Shown here: positions 9,477-18,180 of the stretch, in pieces | How positions within the stretch are numbered: position 1 is the stretch's first letter | Layout of the letters: the number at the start of each line of letters is the position of its first letter | Source of the DNA: an uncultured Acidobacteriota bacterium | Lineage (GTDB): Bacteria; Acidobacteriota; Thermoanaerobaculia; Gp7-AA8 | Length of the DNA stretch: 64,000 nucleotides | NCBI GenBank assembly: GCA_963741955.1 | Contig: CAVUKB010000006.1 | Location: 64,001 to 128,000, forward strand | Reading direction: 5' to 3' | Translations under genes and position numbers: made by a program | Notes under the pieces: model-generated | What the model saw: the letters and a program-made list of their open reading frames with translations, nothing else | The model's database searches: none | Told to the model about the DNA's origin: nothing

Positions 9477-10214
9477 ATGCGCATCACGATGATCGGTCAC
9501 AGCACAGTTCTCCTCGAGTCCGGCCGCAGCAGACTTCTGACCGACCCCTGGTTCGGACGGTTCGGCAATCTGGCGTATGCGCGCACCGCACCTCCCTCGA
9601 TGCAACGCGAAGAGCTTCGAAACGTCGACGGCGTTCTTCTCTCCCATCATCATTTCGATCACACCGACCGGAGATACCTCCGGGGTCTCGACCAGACGGT
9701 TCCGGTCTTCGTTCCCGATGGTGAGGGGTGGCTGATGAGACTCAAAGGAGTCCGGAATCCGATTCCGGTGAGAACGTGGGAGGAGCGCGAGATCGCCGAC
9801 ATTCGGATCACGGCGGTCCCCGCGGTGCACATCGCGCGCACCGCCGGATGGCTCCTCGAGGCAGAAAACCTCGCGGTCTGGTTCGCAGGCGACACGTACC
9901 ACCGTCCTTTCGTGCGAGAGATTGCGGAGCGCTTCCGCGTCGACGTCGCGCTGATGCCGGTGACGACGTTTCTCATCCCGCCCACCATGGGCGAGCGCGG
10001 AGCCGTCGCTTCCGCTCTCGATCTTCACCCTTCGGTGATCATTCCGATTCATCGGGGCATCACCCCGCGCCTCCCTCTGCTCCGCGGACGTCAGAGCGTC
10101 GAACGATTCGAGCGACGGCTGCTCGCCGCGGGTGTCGACGCGCAGGTTCTCGGGCTCGAGGAAGGATCGTGGTGGGATTCGGAGAGCTCCGCACGCGCGC
10201 TCAGGGCCGGGTGA
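9477..10214 (+). CDS. MBL-fold metallo-hydrolase (UlaG/RomA-like)
   Basis: GHSTVLL, LTDPWF, SHHHFDH, FAGDT and IPIH motifs; GGAGG RBS. Confidence 0.9.
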   Translation: MRITMIGHSTVLLESGRSRLLTDPWFGRFGNLAYARTAPPSMQREELRNVDGVLLSHHHFDHTDRRYLRGLDQTVPVFVPDGEGWLMRLKGVRNPIPVRTWEEREIADIRITAVPAVHIARTAGWLLEAENLAVWFAGDTYHRPFVREIAERFRVDVALMPVTTFLIPPTMGERGAVASALDLHPSVIIPIHRGITPRLPLLRGRQSVERFERRLLAAGVDAQVLGLEEGSWWDSESSARALRAG

Positions 10215-10788
10215 AACGAGGCCCTTTCTTCACCCGCCCGGCGGTCTCGACGTCCTTTCGGGTCTTCGAGTAGACGAGTACGTCGGAGACGATTCCTGCC
10301 TTCACCGCTGCGTCACGCAGGCGCCCTTCGAGTCGGAAGCCGCACTTCTCCAGGACGCGTCCGGAGGCGGGGTTCGAAGCGATGTGGCGCGCCTGGATCG
10401 AAGTGATCTCCGGCAGCATCTCGAACCCGTACCAGACGATTGCGTCCACCGCCTCGGAGGCGATTCCGCGTCCCCAGTACGGCTCGGCGATCCAGTATCC
10501 GAGCTCGATCGTGCAGCGGAAGATATCGCTCTGCGGCTGGAGTCCGATCCCACCGACGACCTGTCCGGAGAGCTCGATCGCGAAATCGAGCAGAGGACCG
10601 GGGTTCGAGTTGCACTGTGCGATCCACCGCCATGCGTCGGGAAGCGTATACGGATGCGGAAAGGAGTCCCGAAGATTCCGGGCGACATTCCAGTTGTCCG
10701 CCCACTGAACGAGAGCATCCTCGTCACCCGGCATCCAGGGTCGGAGGAGGAGTCTCGAAGTGCGGATGGTGGTCGTGGTCGAAGGCAT
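10201..10788 (-). CDS. GNAT N-acetyltransferase (RimJ/RimL family)
   Basis: RLLLRP, ELGYW..EPYWGRGIASEA, NPASGRVLEKCGF. Confidence 0.92.
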   Translation of the reverse strand: MPSTTTTIRTSRLLLRPWMPGDEDALVQWADNWNVARNLRDSFPHPYTLPDAWRWIAQCNSNPGPLLDFAIELSGQVVGGIGLQPQSDIFRCTIELGYWIAEPYWGRGIASEAVDAIVWYGFEMLPEITSIQARHIASNPASGRVLEKCGFRLEGRLRDAAVKAGIVSDVLVYSKTRKDVETAGRVKKGPRFTRP

Positions 10789-10812
10789 CCGCTGCGAAGA
10801 TTACTGCGACTT

Positions 10813-11112
10813 GGCGTCTGCGCGGTAGAAACTGTCCTACTGCGAAAGCGGATCAATGGTCCAAATCCGAACGAATTTGGCCTCGTTGCTCCGCTTTCTC
10901 GCTACGGACGTTTCTATCGCGCAGACTCCCAGCCCGCATTTCTCACACCGTCTCGTCGCGAGGAGGCGGAGAGGGGCCTGGATGCAAGGCGCGCCGGGCT
11001 TCGGCAACGAAGGCATAGTGGCGACTATGTCGAGGAGCCGAAGCCGGGCGCAACGCAGCAGAATGGCCGCTATCCGTCTCCGCAGCAGAGATGATGTGAG
11101 AAATGCGGGCTG
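10813..11112. mobile_element. Composite MITE-like element: module A (10813-10929) plus module B (10930-11112)
   Basis: Module A ends GTCTGCGCG/CGCGCAGAC. Module B has perfect terminal inverted repeats CAGCCCGCATTTCTCACA/TGTGAGAAATGCGGGCTG. Close second copy at 62455-62802. Confidence 0.75.
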
Positions 11113-11218
11113 GGGAAGGAAAAGCGACCGGCGTACGGCTCTTTCATCGCCAATGCAGCAGGGAGCCGGAGCGTCAGAAATGTCCGTCGTGCCGGGAGGC
11201 GGGGTCTCCGCTCGCGGA

Positions 11219-11515
11219 TCACCGGTGCTGATGATCGCGGCAGTAGTAGGTCGTACGGCCCGCGACGACGGCGCGCTCCAGCGTGCCCCCGCACCGTGCA
11301 CAGCGCGCTCCTTCGTCGCGACGATCGATCAGCCAGTTGCGTGGATTCGGTGTGTCGCTCTCCTGGCGCTCGATCGCCGCGGTGAGGATCCGGCGCATGG
11401 TGCGGAACATCGCCCGTGTCGTCTCCGGCGAAACTGCGTTCCCTCGAGTCTCCGGATGCACCGCGGTCTGAAAGAGAATCTCGTCGACCCGGAGATTGCC
11501 CAGTCCCGCGACGTT
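11219..11515 (-). pseudogene. mutM: C-terminal fragment of Fpg/Nei DNA glycosylase (H2TH plus zinc finger)
   Basis: VAGLGNLRVDEILF (H2TH) and CARCG...GRTTYYC (Zn finger); N-terminal catalytic domain absent. Confidence 0.8.
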
Positions 11516-11766
11516 GCTCTGGCACTCTCCACGTGCTCGTGTCTCTTCGAGAAATACGGGACTCTGACTGGGCCGCAGGTCATCAACAACACGCAGTATT
11601 TTGACGGGACGAACACGACCGAGTGCCAGAGCAATCCGGACTGGCGGGCTTGGACCCATGTGAATGATAATGGGGTGTATCTTTGCGATTCTTTCACCAG
11701 ACTCAGCGACCAGGGCGCCGCAGTGATCGTGATCCACGAAGCCTTGCACTCCGTGGGGATGGATGA
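11516..11766 (+). pseudogene. Fragment of a zincin (HEXXH) metallopeptidase-like gene
   Basis: VYLCDSF...AVIVIHEALHSVG; no start codon or signal peptide; abuts the fpg fragment. Confidence 0.55.
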
Positions 11767-11780
11767 CAGTTGCGCGACGC

Positions 11781-11806
11781 GACCTGTCGGACATGTCCGA
11801 CAGGTC
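11781..11806. repeat. Perfect 26-bp palindrome (possible terminator or REP-like hairpin downstream of ligD)
   Basis: GACCTGTCGGACATGTCCGACAGGTC is its own reverse complement. Confidence 0.6.
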
Positions 11807-11828
11807 CGCAGCACCGAGCGGTGACCGC

Positions 11829-12818
11829 CTACCGCAGTTGCTCGGCGCGCTCCGCGACCAGGCGTGCTTCTTCGTCCCGGGGAGGATGCTTCGTCTGTCC
11901 CAGAAGGCTTCGGAGATCGAAGCGGCGCCGGCCGAGCACCGGCTTCCAGAGATCGCCGAGTTGCGCCAGTCGCTCGCGCGAGTTGTCCATCCGGAAGTCG
12001 TCGATCTCGATCCCTTCTTCGATCTCTTCCCAGGTGACCGGCATGGAGACCGGCGCACCCGGTCGCGGACGGACCGAGTAGACCGACGCGAGCGTGCGTC
12101 CCCATGCGTTCTGGTTGTAGTCGACCAGGACGCGTCCCCGTGGACGCTTCGCCTTGCGGTACTCGGCGGTGGCGATCTTCGGATGACGGCTCTGCATCTC
12201 GATTGCGATGGCCTTGGAGACTTTCCACACTTCCTTCTGCAACGGCCCGTGCACGATGGGGACGTAGACGTGAATGCCTTTCGAGCCGGTCGTCTTCGGA
12301 TACGATGGCATCCCGAGGGCGTCGAGCATTTCGCGCAGACGCAGCGACACTTCCCGAACGGTCGCGAACGTCGCACCGGGAACGGGATCGAGATCGAAGT
12401 GGAGAAAGTCGGGCCGGTCGTAGTCGTCACACGGCGAGTACCACGGGTTCAGGTCGATACAGCCGAGGTTCACCAGCCAGAGGAGTGACGCGAGATCGTC
12501 GACGACCGGGAACTCGACCGGTCCCGCATTGTGTGGGATGGTGCAGGTACGCACCCAATCCGGACGCGGCGAAGGAGCGCGCTTCATGTAGAAGAATTTC
12601 CCGCTCGCGCCATTCGGATAGCGCTTCATCACCATGGCCCGCCCTGTAATGTGCGGCAGCAGCCAGCGCGAGACGTCGGCGTAGTACTGGAGTAGATCGC
12701 GCTTGGCGATCTTCTCCTCGTCCCAGAAGAGTTTGCCGAGGTTCGTGAGATCGACCGTGTGTCCCTTGATGGTCAGGGAAGCATTGTCGCGATCCTCTGG
12801 AATTCTCGTCCCGGCCAT
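11829..12818 (-). CDS. ligD: Stand-alone LigD/Prim-Pol polymerase domain (archaeo-eukaryotic primase fold)
   Basis: DLLQYY, KRYPNG..G.FFYMKR, FDLDP, KTTGSKGIHVYVP, VDYNQN, YSVR..PGAPVS.P.TWEE. Confidence 0.9.
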   Translation of the reverse strand: MAGTRIPEDRDNASLTIKGHTVDLTNLGKLFWDEEKIAKRDLLQYYADVSRWLLPHITGRAMVMKRYPNGASGKFFYMKRAPSPRPDWVRTCTIPHNAGPVEFPVVDDLASLLWLVNLGCIDLNPWYSPCDDYDRPDFLHFDLDPVPGATFATVREVSLRLREMLDALGMPSYPKTTGSKGIHVYVPIVHGPLQKEVWKVSKAIAIEMQSRHPKIATAEYRKAKRPRGRVLVDYNQNAWGRTLASVYSVRPRPGAPVSMPVTWEEIEEGIEIDDFRMDNSRERLAQLGDLWKPVLGRRRFDLRSLLGQTKHPPRDEEARLVAERAEQLR

Positions 12819-13037
12819 GGGGGACGAGTGTTGCGAAGAGCCTGCCCGCAGGCCGGGGCCGGCCGGACTATTCCGAGCCCGGCTGATGGACGCAACGAGT
12901 CGCGTGAGGAGGACTCGATGTTCACGAGCTCTCGACGTCCAAGGCGGGTGGTACGACCCACAAACGGAGCAAACCATTTTCTTACGATCGCGTCATAATG
13001 GTCAGAACGTCCCGACCCGTCCTCGGGATCTCACGCC

Positions 13038-14246
13038 ATGAAACTACGAACCGGGATCGGACTCGCTCTGGCTGCGCTCGCCCTCAACGCCTGCACTGCA
13101 GCTCCGGCGTCGACTCACGGCTCCTCCGGGTCCCCTGCGCGGGCGGCGGAAGTGCGACGCGGCGACTTCGTCGACGTCTTCGTCCTCACGGGGGCGCTCG
13201 AAGCCACTCGCGGCGAGACGCTGAGCGTTCCGACCATCCCGATGTGGCAGACCACCATCAAGTGGCTGATCGACGACGGAAGCCGGGTGAAGACGGGCGA
13301 CCGCATCGCGGAGCTCGACAGCACTGCGCTCACTTCGAACCTGGAGCAGCAGAAGCTCACTGCCGCCCAGGCGCGGCAACGTCTCGCGCAGAATCGCGCG
13401 TCGTCCGAGGCACAACTCTCCGATTCGGATCTCACGGTCGAGCAGCGAAAGCTCGAGATGGAAAAGGCCGCGATCACTGCGTCGGTGCCGAAGGATCTCC
13501 TCCCGCTTCGAGAGTACAGCGACCGTCAGCTCGCGCTGCAGCGCGCGCGCAGCGAGTACGAGAAGGCCGTAACCTCACGAGAGGCGTTGCGAAAGAGCAG
13601 CGCGTCCGAGATCGCGAATCTGCTGCTCGACCTCGAGAAGACCGAGCGCGAGATCGCGGAAGCGGAATCCGCAGTACACGCCCTGACCCTTCGCGCACCG
13701 GTCGACGGAGTCGTCGTCATCGAGAATCATCCGTGGGAGGGACGACCTGTACAGGTCGGAGACAGCGCGTGGGTCGGAATGAGCATCGCCACCATTCCCG
13801 ACCTTTCGACGATCCAGGTGCTCGCACAGCTTTCCGACGTCGACGACGGAAAGGTTCTCGAAGGGATGCCTGTCGAGGTGAAGTTGGATGCGTATCCCGG
13901 CGCCGTGTTTCGGGGTCACGTCTCCAGAGTCTCCAGCATCGCTCAGGAGCCGGATCCGCGTTCCAGGCGCCGGAGTTTCCGGGTGAGCGTCGCGCTCGAT
14001 CATCTCGACCAGCAGAAGATGCGTCCCGGCTTTTCGGCGTTGGTGTTGGTCCGGCGGGCCGTGGTCAAAAACGTTCTTCTCGTACCGCGTGCCGCGGTCG
14101 ATTTCTCCCGGAACCAGACCATGGTTCGGGTTCGCGACCGTGGTCCGGTCGAGGCGCGCCTCGGCGCGTGCAATCCGCAGGAGTGCGTCGTTGAAGCCGG
14201 CCTGACCGAAGGGACTCTCGTAGACGTCAGCGGAGGGAGGGCATGA
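13038..14246 (+). CDS. Efflux transporter periplasmic adaptor (HlyD/MacA family), probable lipoprotein
   Basis: Lipobox LNAC, lipoyl half-motifs DGSRVKTGD and LRAPVDGVV, MRPGFS. Confidence 0.88.
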   Translation: MKLRTGIGLALAALALNACTAAPASTHGSSGSPARAAEVRRGDFVDVFVLTGALEATRGETLSVPTIPMWQTTIKWLIDDGSRVKTGDRIAELDSTALTSNLEQQKLTAAQARQRLAQNRASSEAQLSDSDLTVEQRKLEMEKAAITASVPKDLLPLREYSDRQLALQRARSEYEKAVTSREALRKSSASEIANLLLDLEKTEREIAEAESAVHALTLRAPVDGVVVIENHPWEGRPVQVGDSAWVGMSIATIPDLSTIQVLAQLSDVDDGKVLEGMPVEVKLDAYPGAVFRGHVSRVSSIAQEPDPRSRRRSFRVSVALDHLDQQKMRPGFSALVLVRRAVVKNVLLVPRAAVDFSRNQTMVRVRDRGPVEARLGACNPQECVVEAGLTEGTLVDVSGGRA

Positions 14247-15463
14247 ACCGCCGGCGGATGGCGATCGTCGCCGGGATCGGCGCCGCTCTCGTCGCGCTCG
14301 GCGTCATGGGAGAGCGCCATCTCGAAACCGGGAAAACGCAATGGGGAACGGCCGTGCGAGACGACCTCGTGATCTCGACCGAGATCAGCGGGACTCTCGC
14401 GGCGGTCGAGTCCGACCTCCTCGGTCCGCCCCAGATCCCCGATTTCTGGGACTTCAAGATCTCTCAGCTGGCCGCCGAGGGGACCACTGTCCGGAAGGGA
14501 CAGCCGGTGATCGGATTCGACACCAGCGATCTTCAACGCCAGCTCCAGGAGAAGCTCGCCGAGAGCCAGACCGCGCGCAAGGAGATGGAAAAGCGCGCAG
14601 CCGACCTCGAAGTCGACGCGGCCGCGGACCGTCTCCAGCTCGCGGAAGCCCGCGCCTCTCTGCGGAAGTCCGAGCTGAAGCTGGAGGCTCCCGGGGAGAT
14701 CGTGGCGGTCAACGAGCGGAAGCAGGCGACGCTGGATCGTGATCTCGCCATCAAACAGATCCGCTTCGTCGAACAGAAGATCGCCGCTTCGTCCCGCGCC
14801 GCGAAAGAGGAGATCGACATCCTTCGAAACCGGATGGAGTCCGCAGACGCACGAGTGAAACAGATCGAGTCATCCATCGAACAGATGAACGTCCGCGCGC
14901 CGCGGGATGGGACAGTCATTCTGATCCCGAACTGGCGCAATCAGAAGAAGAAGGTCGGCGATTCCTGCTGGCGGGGAGAACGGATCGCGGAGATTCCGAA
15001 TCTCAGGAGAATGATGGCCAAGGCCGAGGTGGACGAATCCGATGCGGGGCGCATCGCGGTCGGGCAGCGGGTGGTTCTCCGCCTCGATTCGCGTCCCGAC
15101 GAAGAGCTCGTGGCGAAGGTCTCCAGAATCGCCACCAACGTCCAGAAAAGGAGCCGGTGGGATTCGCAGAAAGTGCTCAAGGTCGATCTCTCCCTCGCTC
15201 GAACCGATCCCGAGACGATGCGCCCGGGGATGCGGTTCCGCGGAGACGTGGAGTTCGAGCGGATTCCCGGAGTGGTCCTGATTCCTGAAGCGGCGGTCTT
15301 CGACTCGCCGCAGGGGCCGGTGGTGATCCGCCGCGGTCTGTTCGGGAACACCACCGTCCCGGTGCGTCTCGGGCGGCGCAACCGCGACCGTGTCGAAGTG
15401 ATCTCCGGAGTCGATCCAGGGACGAAGGTCCTCCTTCGCGAACAATCCGAGGAGAAGTCATGA
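14243..15463 (+). CDS. Efflux transporter periplasmic adaptor (HlyD/MacA family)
   Basis: EGTTVRKGQ, VRAPRDGTV, MRPGM; ATGA overlap with the previous gene. Confidence 0.88.
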   Translation: MNRRRMAIVAGIGAALVALGVMGERHLETGKTQWGTAVRDDLVISTEISGTLAAVESDLLGPPQIPDFWDFKISQLAAEGTTVRKGQPVIGFDTSDLQRQLQEKLAESQTARKEMEKRAADLEVDAAADRLQLAEARASLRKSELKLEAPGEIVAVNERKQATLDRDLAIKQIRFVEQKIAASSRAAKEEIDILRNRMESADARVKQIESSIEQMNVRAPRDGTVILIPNWRNQKKKVGDSCWRGERIAEIPNLRRMMAKAEVDESDAGRIAVGQRVVLRLDSRPDEELVAKVSRIATNVQKRSRWDSQKVLKVDLSLARTDPETMRPGMRFRGDVEFERIPGVVLIPEAAVFDSPQGPVVIRRGLFGNTTVPVRLGRRNRDRVEVISGVDPGTKVLLREQSEEKS

Positions 15464-16680
15464 GCGCGACGAGACGGGTGGCGATCGCCGCCGGAGCCGT
15501 CGTGACCGTCGCGGCGCTCGCGGTCCTCGCACTGAATCTCGCCGGAGATTCTGTCCCTGCAGAGCCGCTCTTCCGGATCGCGCCGTCGACTTTCTCGCGG
15601 ACCGTGACGGCGGATGGTACGTTCAAGGCGGTCGATTCGACGCCAGTGAGTGCTCCGGTCGGGATACGGCGTCCGATGAGAATCGCCTGGCTCACGGACG
15701 ATGGGAAGCACGTCGAGAAGGGTGATCTCCTCGCGCGTCTCGATGCGTCGGAGCTGGAATCGGAGATGAAGGACGGGCGCGTGATGTGGGAGACGGCGGC
15801 GAACCGGATCCGGAAGGAGGACTCCGACTGGACCGCCACGCGGGAGAACCTGGGGCGCGATGCAGAACAGGCCACGCGCGAGCTCGTTGCAGCCAGGAGC
15901 TTTCCGCGCCGGGACGACGACGTCTTCTCGCGATATCAGATCATCGAGTCGGATATCGACGAGAACCTCGCGGAAAGAAAACGCGACCACGCCGACGATC
16001 TGAAGGAGATCCGCGGACGCGTCGCGGCGGCACAGCGCCAGCTCGTGGAGATCGAACAGAAGAAGGCCGGCCTGAAGATCGATCAGGCGAAGTCGGGATT
16101 GGCATCACTCGAGATCCGCGCAGAGCATGCCGGGACATTCACCCTCCGCCGCGTCTACGGGGAGACGCTTCGCGTCGGCGACCGGGTGTGGAGCGGACTC
16201 TCGATCGGCGAGCTGCCCGACCTCGCGAAGATGGAGGCGGAAACGTGGGTGCTCGAAGCGGATGCCGGCGGTCTCGCTCCGGGCGAGCCGGCCGACGTCT
16301 GGCTCGAGTCGAACCCGCGGAGGACGTACGCCGCGAAGGTCAGGAGTGTGGCGCCGATCGCGAAACCGCACGTCCAGGGATCGCCGGTGCAGTACTTCGA
16401 CGTGACGCTCGAGCTCGAGAAGACGGATCCGGCAGTGATGAAGCCGGGAACCCGGCTGCGGGCGAGAATCCACCTCGAACGGCGGAACGCCGCGATTGCG
16501 ATACCGCGTCAGGCGGTGTTCGAGAAGAAAGGAAAGAAGATCGTCTACCGCAGGAGTGATCAGGGATTCGAACCGGTCGAGGTCACGATCCAGAGCACGT
16601 CTCCGGGCCGGGTGGTGATCACGAAAGGATTGAAGTCCGGCGACGTCATCGCGCTGCGCGAGCCGGAGAAGACGGAGTGA
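15460..16680 (+). CDS. Efflux transporter periplasmic adaptor (HlyD/MacA family)
   Basis: DGKHVEKGDLL, IRAEHAG, MKPG, GLKSGD; ATGA overlap. Confidence 0.88.
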   Translation: MSATRRVAIAAGAVVTVAALAVLALNLAGDSVPAEPLFRIAPSTFSRTVTADGTFKAVDSTPVSAPVGIRRPMRIAWLTDDGKHVEKGDLLARLDASELESEMKDGRVMWETAANRIRKEDSDWTATRENLGRDAEQATRELVAARSFPRRDDDVFSRYQIIESDIDENLAERKRDHADDLKEIRGRVAAAQRQLVEIEQKKAGLKIDQAKSGLASLEIRAEHAGTFTLRRVYGETLRVGDRVWSGLSIGELPDLAKMEAETWVLEADAGGLAPGEPADVWLESNPRRTYAAKVRSVAPIAKPHVQGSPVQYFDVTLELEKTDPAVMKPGTRLRARIHLERRNAAIAIPRQAVFEKKGKKIVYRRSDQGFEPVEVTIQSTSPGRVVITKGLKSGDVIALREPEKTE

Positions 16681-16751
16681 GCGCGACTGGTGTGTGCGTC
16701 GTGGGGTTTGAGCAGACAGCGGACAACGGATGAGGGGTTGCAGAGTCTTCC

Positions 16752-17987
16752 ATGACACTCGGTGAATCAGTCCAGACGGCGCTCTCGAATCTCGCCGCGC
16801 ACAAGCTGCGTACGACCCTGACCATGCTCGGGATGATCTTCGGCGTCGGAGCCGTGATCGCGATGCTCTCGATCGGTGCCGGCGGCGAGAAGCAGGCCCT
16901 CGAATCGATCGGTCAGCTCGGCGTGAACAACGTCCTGATCCGCGCGGTCGATCTGAAGGACGACGAGAAACAGGAGATCCGGAAGAAGTCGCTGGGCGTG
17001 TCGCTGCGCGACGGCGAAGCGATCGAAGAGGCGGTTCCCGGAGTGGAAGTGGTCCTTCCGCGAATCGAGATCAAGACCACGAAACTCCTCGCGGACGGCG
17101 CGAAGAGCGAAGGAAAGGTCTTTGGAGTGTCGTGGAGGCAGGCCGAAGTCTCGTCGGTGAAGATCGCGCAGGGACGCTTCTTCGACCGGCGCGACGAGGA
17201 AGCGCATGCGCAGGTTTGTCTGATCGGAGAGACAGTCCGGCATGAACTGTTCGGTTACGGCGACGTGCTCGGGAAACGCCTCAAGATCAACGACGTCTGG
17301 GTCGAAGTGATCGGAGTGCTCGGAGCCGCGCCGGGCGCCGCAAAATCCGTGGAAGGGGTCCCGATCACGTCGACTGCCCGCGAGGTGTACATTCCGGTCT
17401 CCACCGCCCTCCGGAAGTTCGACCGCGATCCCCTCGACGCGCCACTCGACGAGCTGGTGGTTCGCCTCCGCGAAGGAGTCTCCCCGCGCGAGACGGCAAC
17501 GGTGATCCGGGGACTCCTCGAGAGGCTGCACGGCGGAGCATCCGATTTCGAGATCGTCGTCCCCGAAGCGCTCCTCGAGCAGAGCCGGAAGACGCAGCGG
17601 ATCTTCAGCATCGTGATGGGATCGATCGCGGGGATCTCTCTTCTGGTCGGCGGGATCGGCATCATGAACATCATGCTCGCGTCGGTGCTCGAGCGGACCC
17701 GGGAGATCGGCGTGAGGCGCGCGGTGGGAGCGAGGCGCAACGACATCCGGATCCAGTTCGTGATCGAGTCGTTCTCGATCAGCCTCGCGGGAGGAGTCGC
17801 GGGAATCGTGATCGGTGCGCTGATCGCGCGCATCGTGGCCGCCTATGCGGGATGGCCGACGGTGATCACTCCGGCGTCGCTCCTCCTCTCGACGGGCGTC
17901 TCGATCGCGGTGGGCCTGGCGTCCGGTATCTATCCGGCGACCCGCGCGGCGATGCTCGATCCGATCGAAGCGCTGCGTTACGAGTAG
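16752..17987 (+). CDS. ABC transporter permease, MacB/FtsX family
   Basis: LTMLGMIFGVGAVIAM, GGIGIMNIMLASVLERTREIGVRRAVGA, DPIEALRYE. Confidence 0.95.
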   Translation: MTLGESVQTALSNLAAHKLRTTLTMLGMIFGVGAVIAMLSIGAGGEKQALESIGQLGVNNVLIRAVDLKDDEKQEIRKKSLGVSLRDGEAIEEAVPGVEVVLPRIEIKTTKLLADGAKSEGKVFGVSWRQAEVSSVKIAQGRFFDRRDEEAHAQVCLIGETVRHELFGYGDVLGKRLKINDVWVEVIGVLGAAPGAAKSVEGVPITSTAREVYIPVSTALRKFDRDPLDAPLDELVVRLREGVSPRETATVIRGLLERLHGGASDFEIVVPEALLEQSRKTQRIFSIVMGSIAGISLLVGGIGIMNIMLASVLERTREIGVRRAVGARRNDIRIQFVIESFSISLAGGVAGIVIGALIARIVAAYAGWPTVITPASLLLSTGVSIAVGLASGIYPATRAAMLDPIEALRYE

Positions 17988-18053
17988 GGAGCGCGAGCGC
18001 AGGGCGCGCGCAGATGGGAGCGTCTCGATGGGAGCAGGGCGGGGCGGGACCCC

Positions 18054-18117
18054 GCCCTGCATCGGACGGGACGTCCAACCCACTTTCGCCTGCATCGGAC
18101 GGGACGTCCGAGCCGCT
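18054..18117. repeat. Short direct repeat of a REP-like hairpin (CCTGCATCGGACGGGACGTCC x2)
   Basis: Two 21-bp copies between convergent genes; GGACG-GGA-CGTCC palindromic core. Confidence 0.5.
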
Positions 18118-18129
18118 GGCGGAGAAACG

Positions 18130-18157
18130 AAAAGGCCGGAGCAGCTGCTCCGGCCTT
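18130..18157 (-). terminator. Intrinsic terminator, possibly bidirectional, between macB and the outer-membrane gene
   Basis: Perfect GC-rich palindrome AAGGCCGGAGCAGCTGCTCCGGCCTT with an A4 run giving a U-tract on the minus strand. Confidence 0.6.
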
Positions 18158-18180
18158 CGAGTATCGACGGCTGATCGGCG

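Noticed and set aside
11219-12430. 403-aa ORF as an intact Fpg protein
   Set aside because: Only the last ~98 codons resemble Fpg; the rest is an alternative frame of ligD and antisense of the peptidase fragment.
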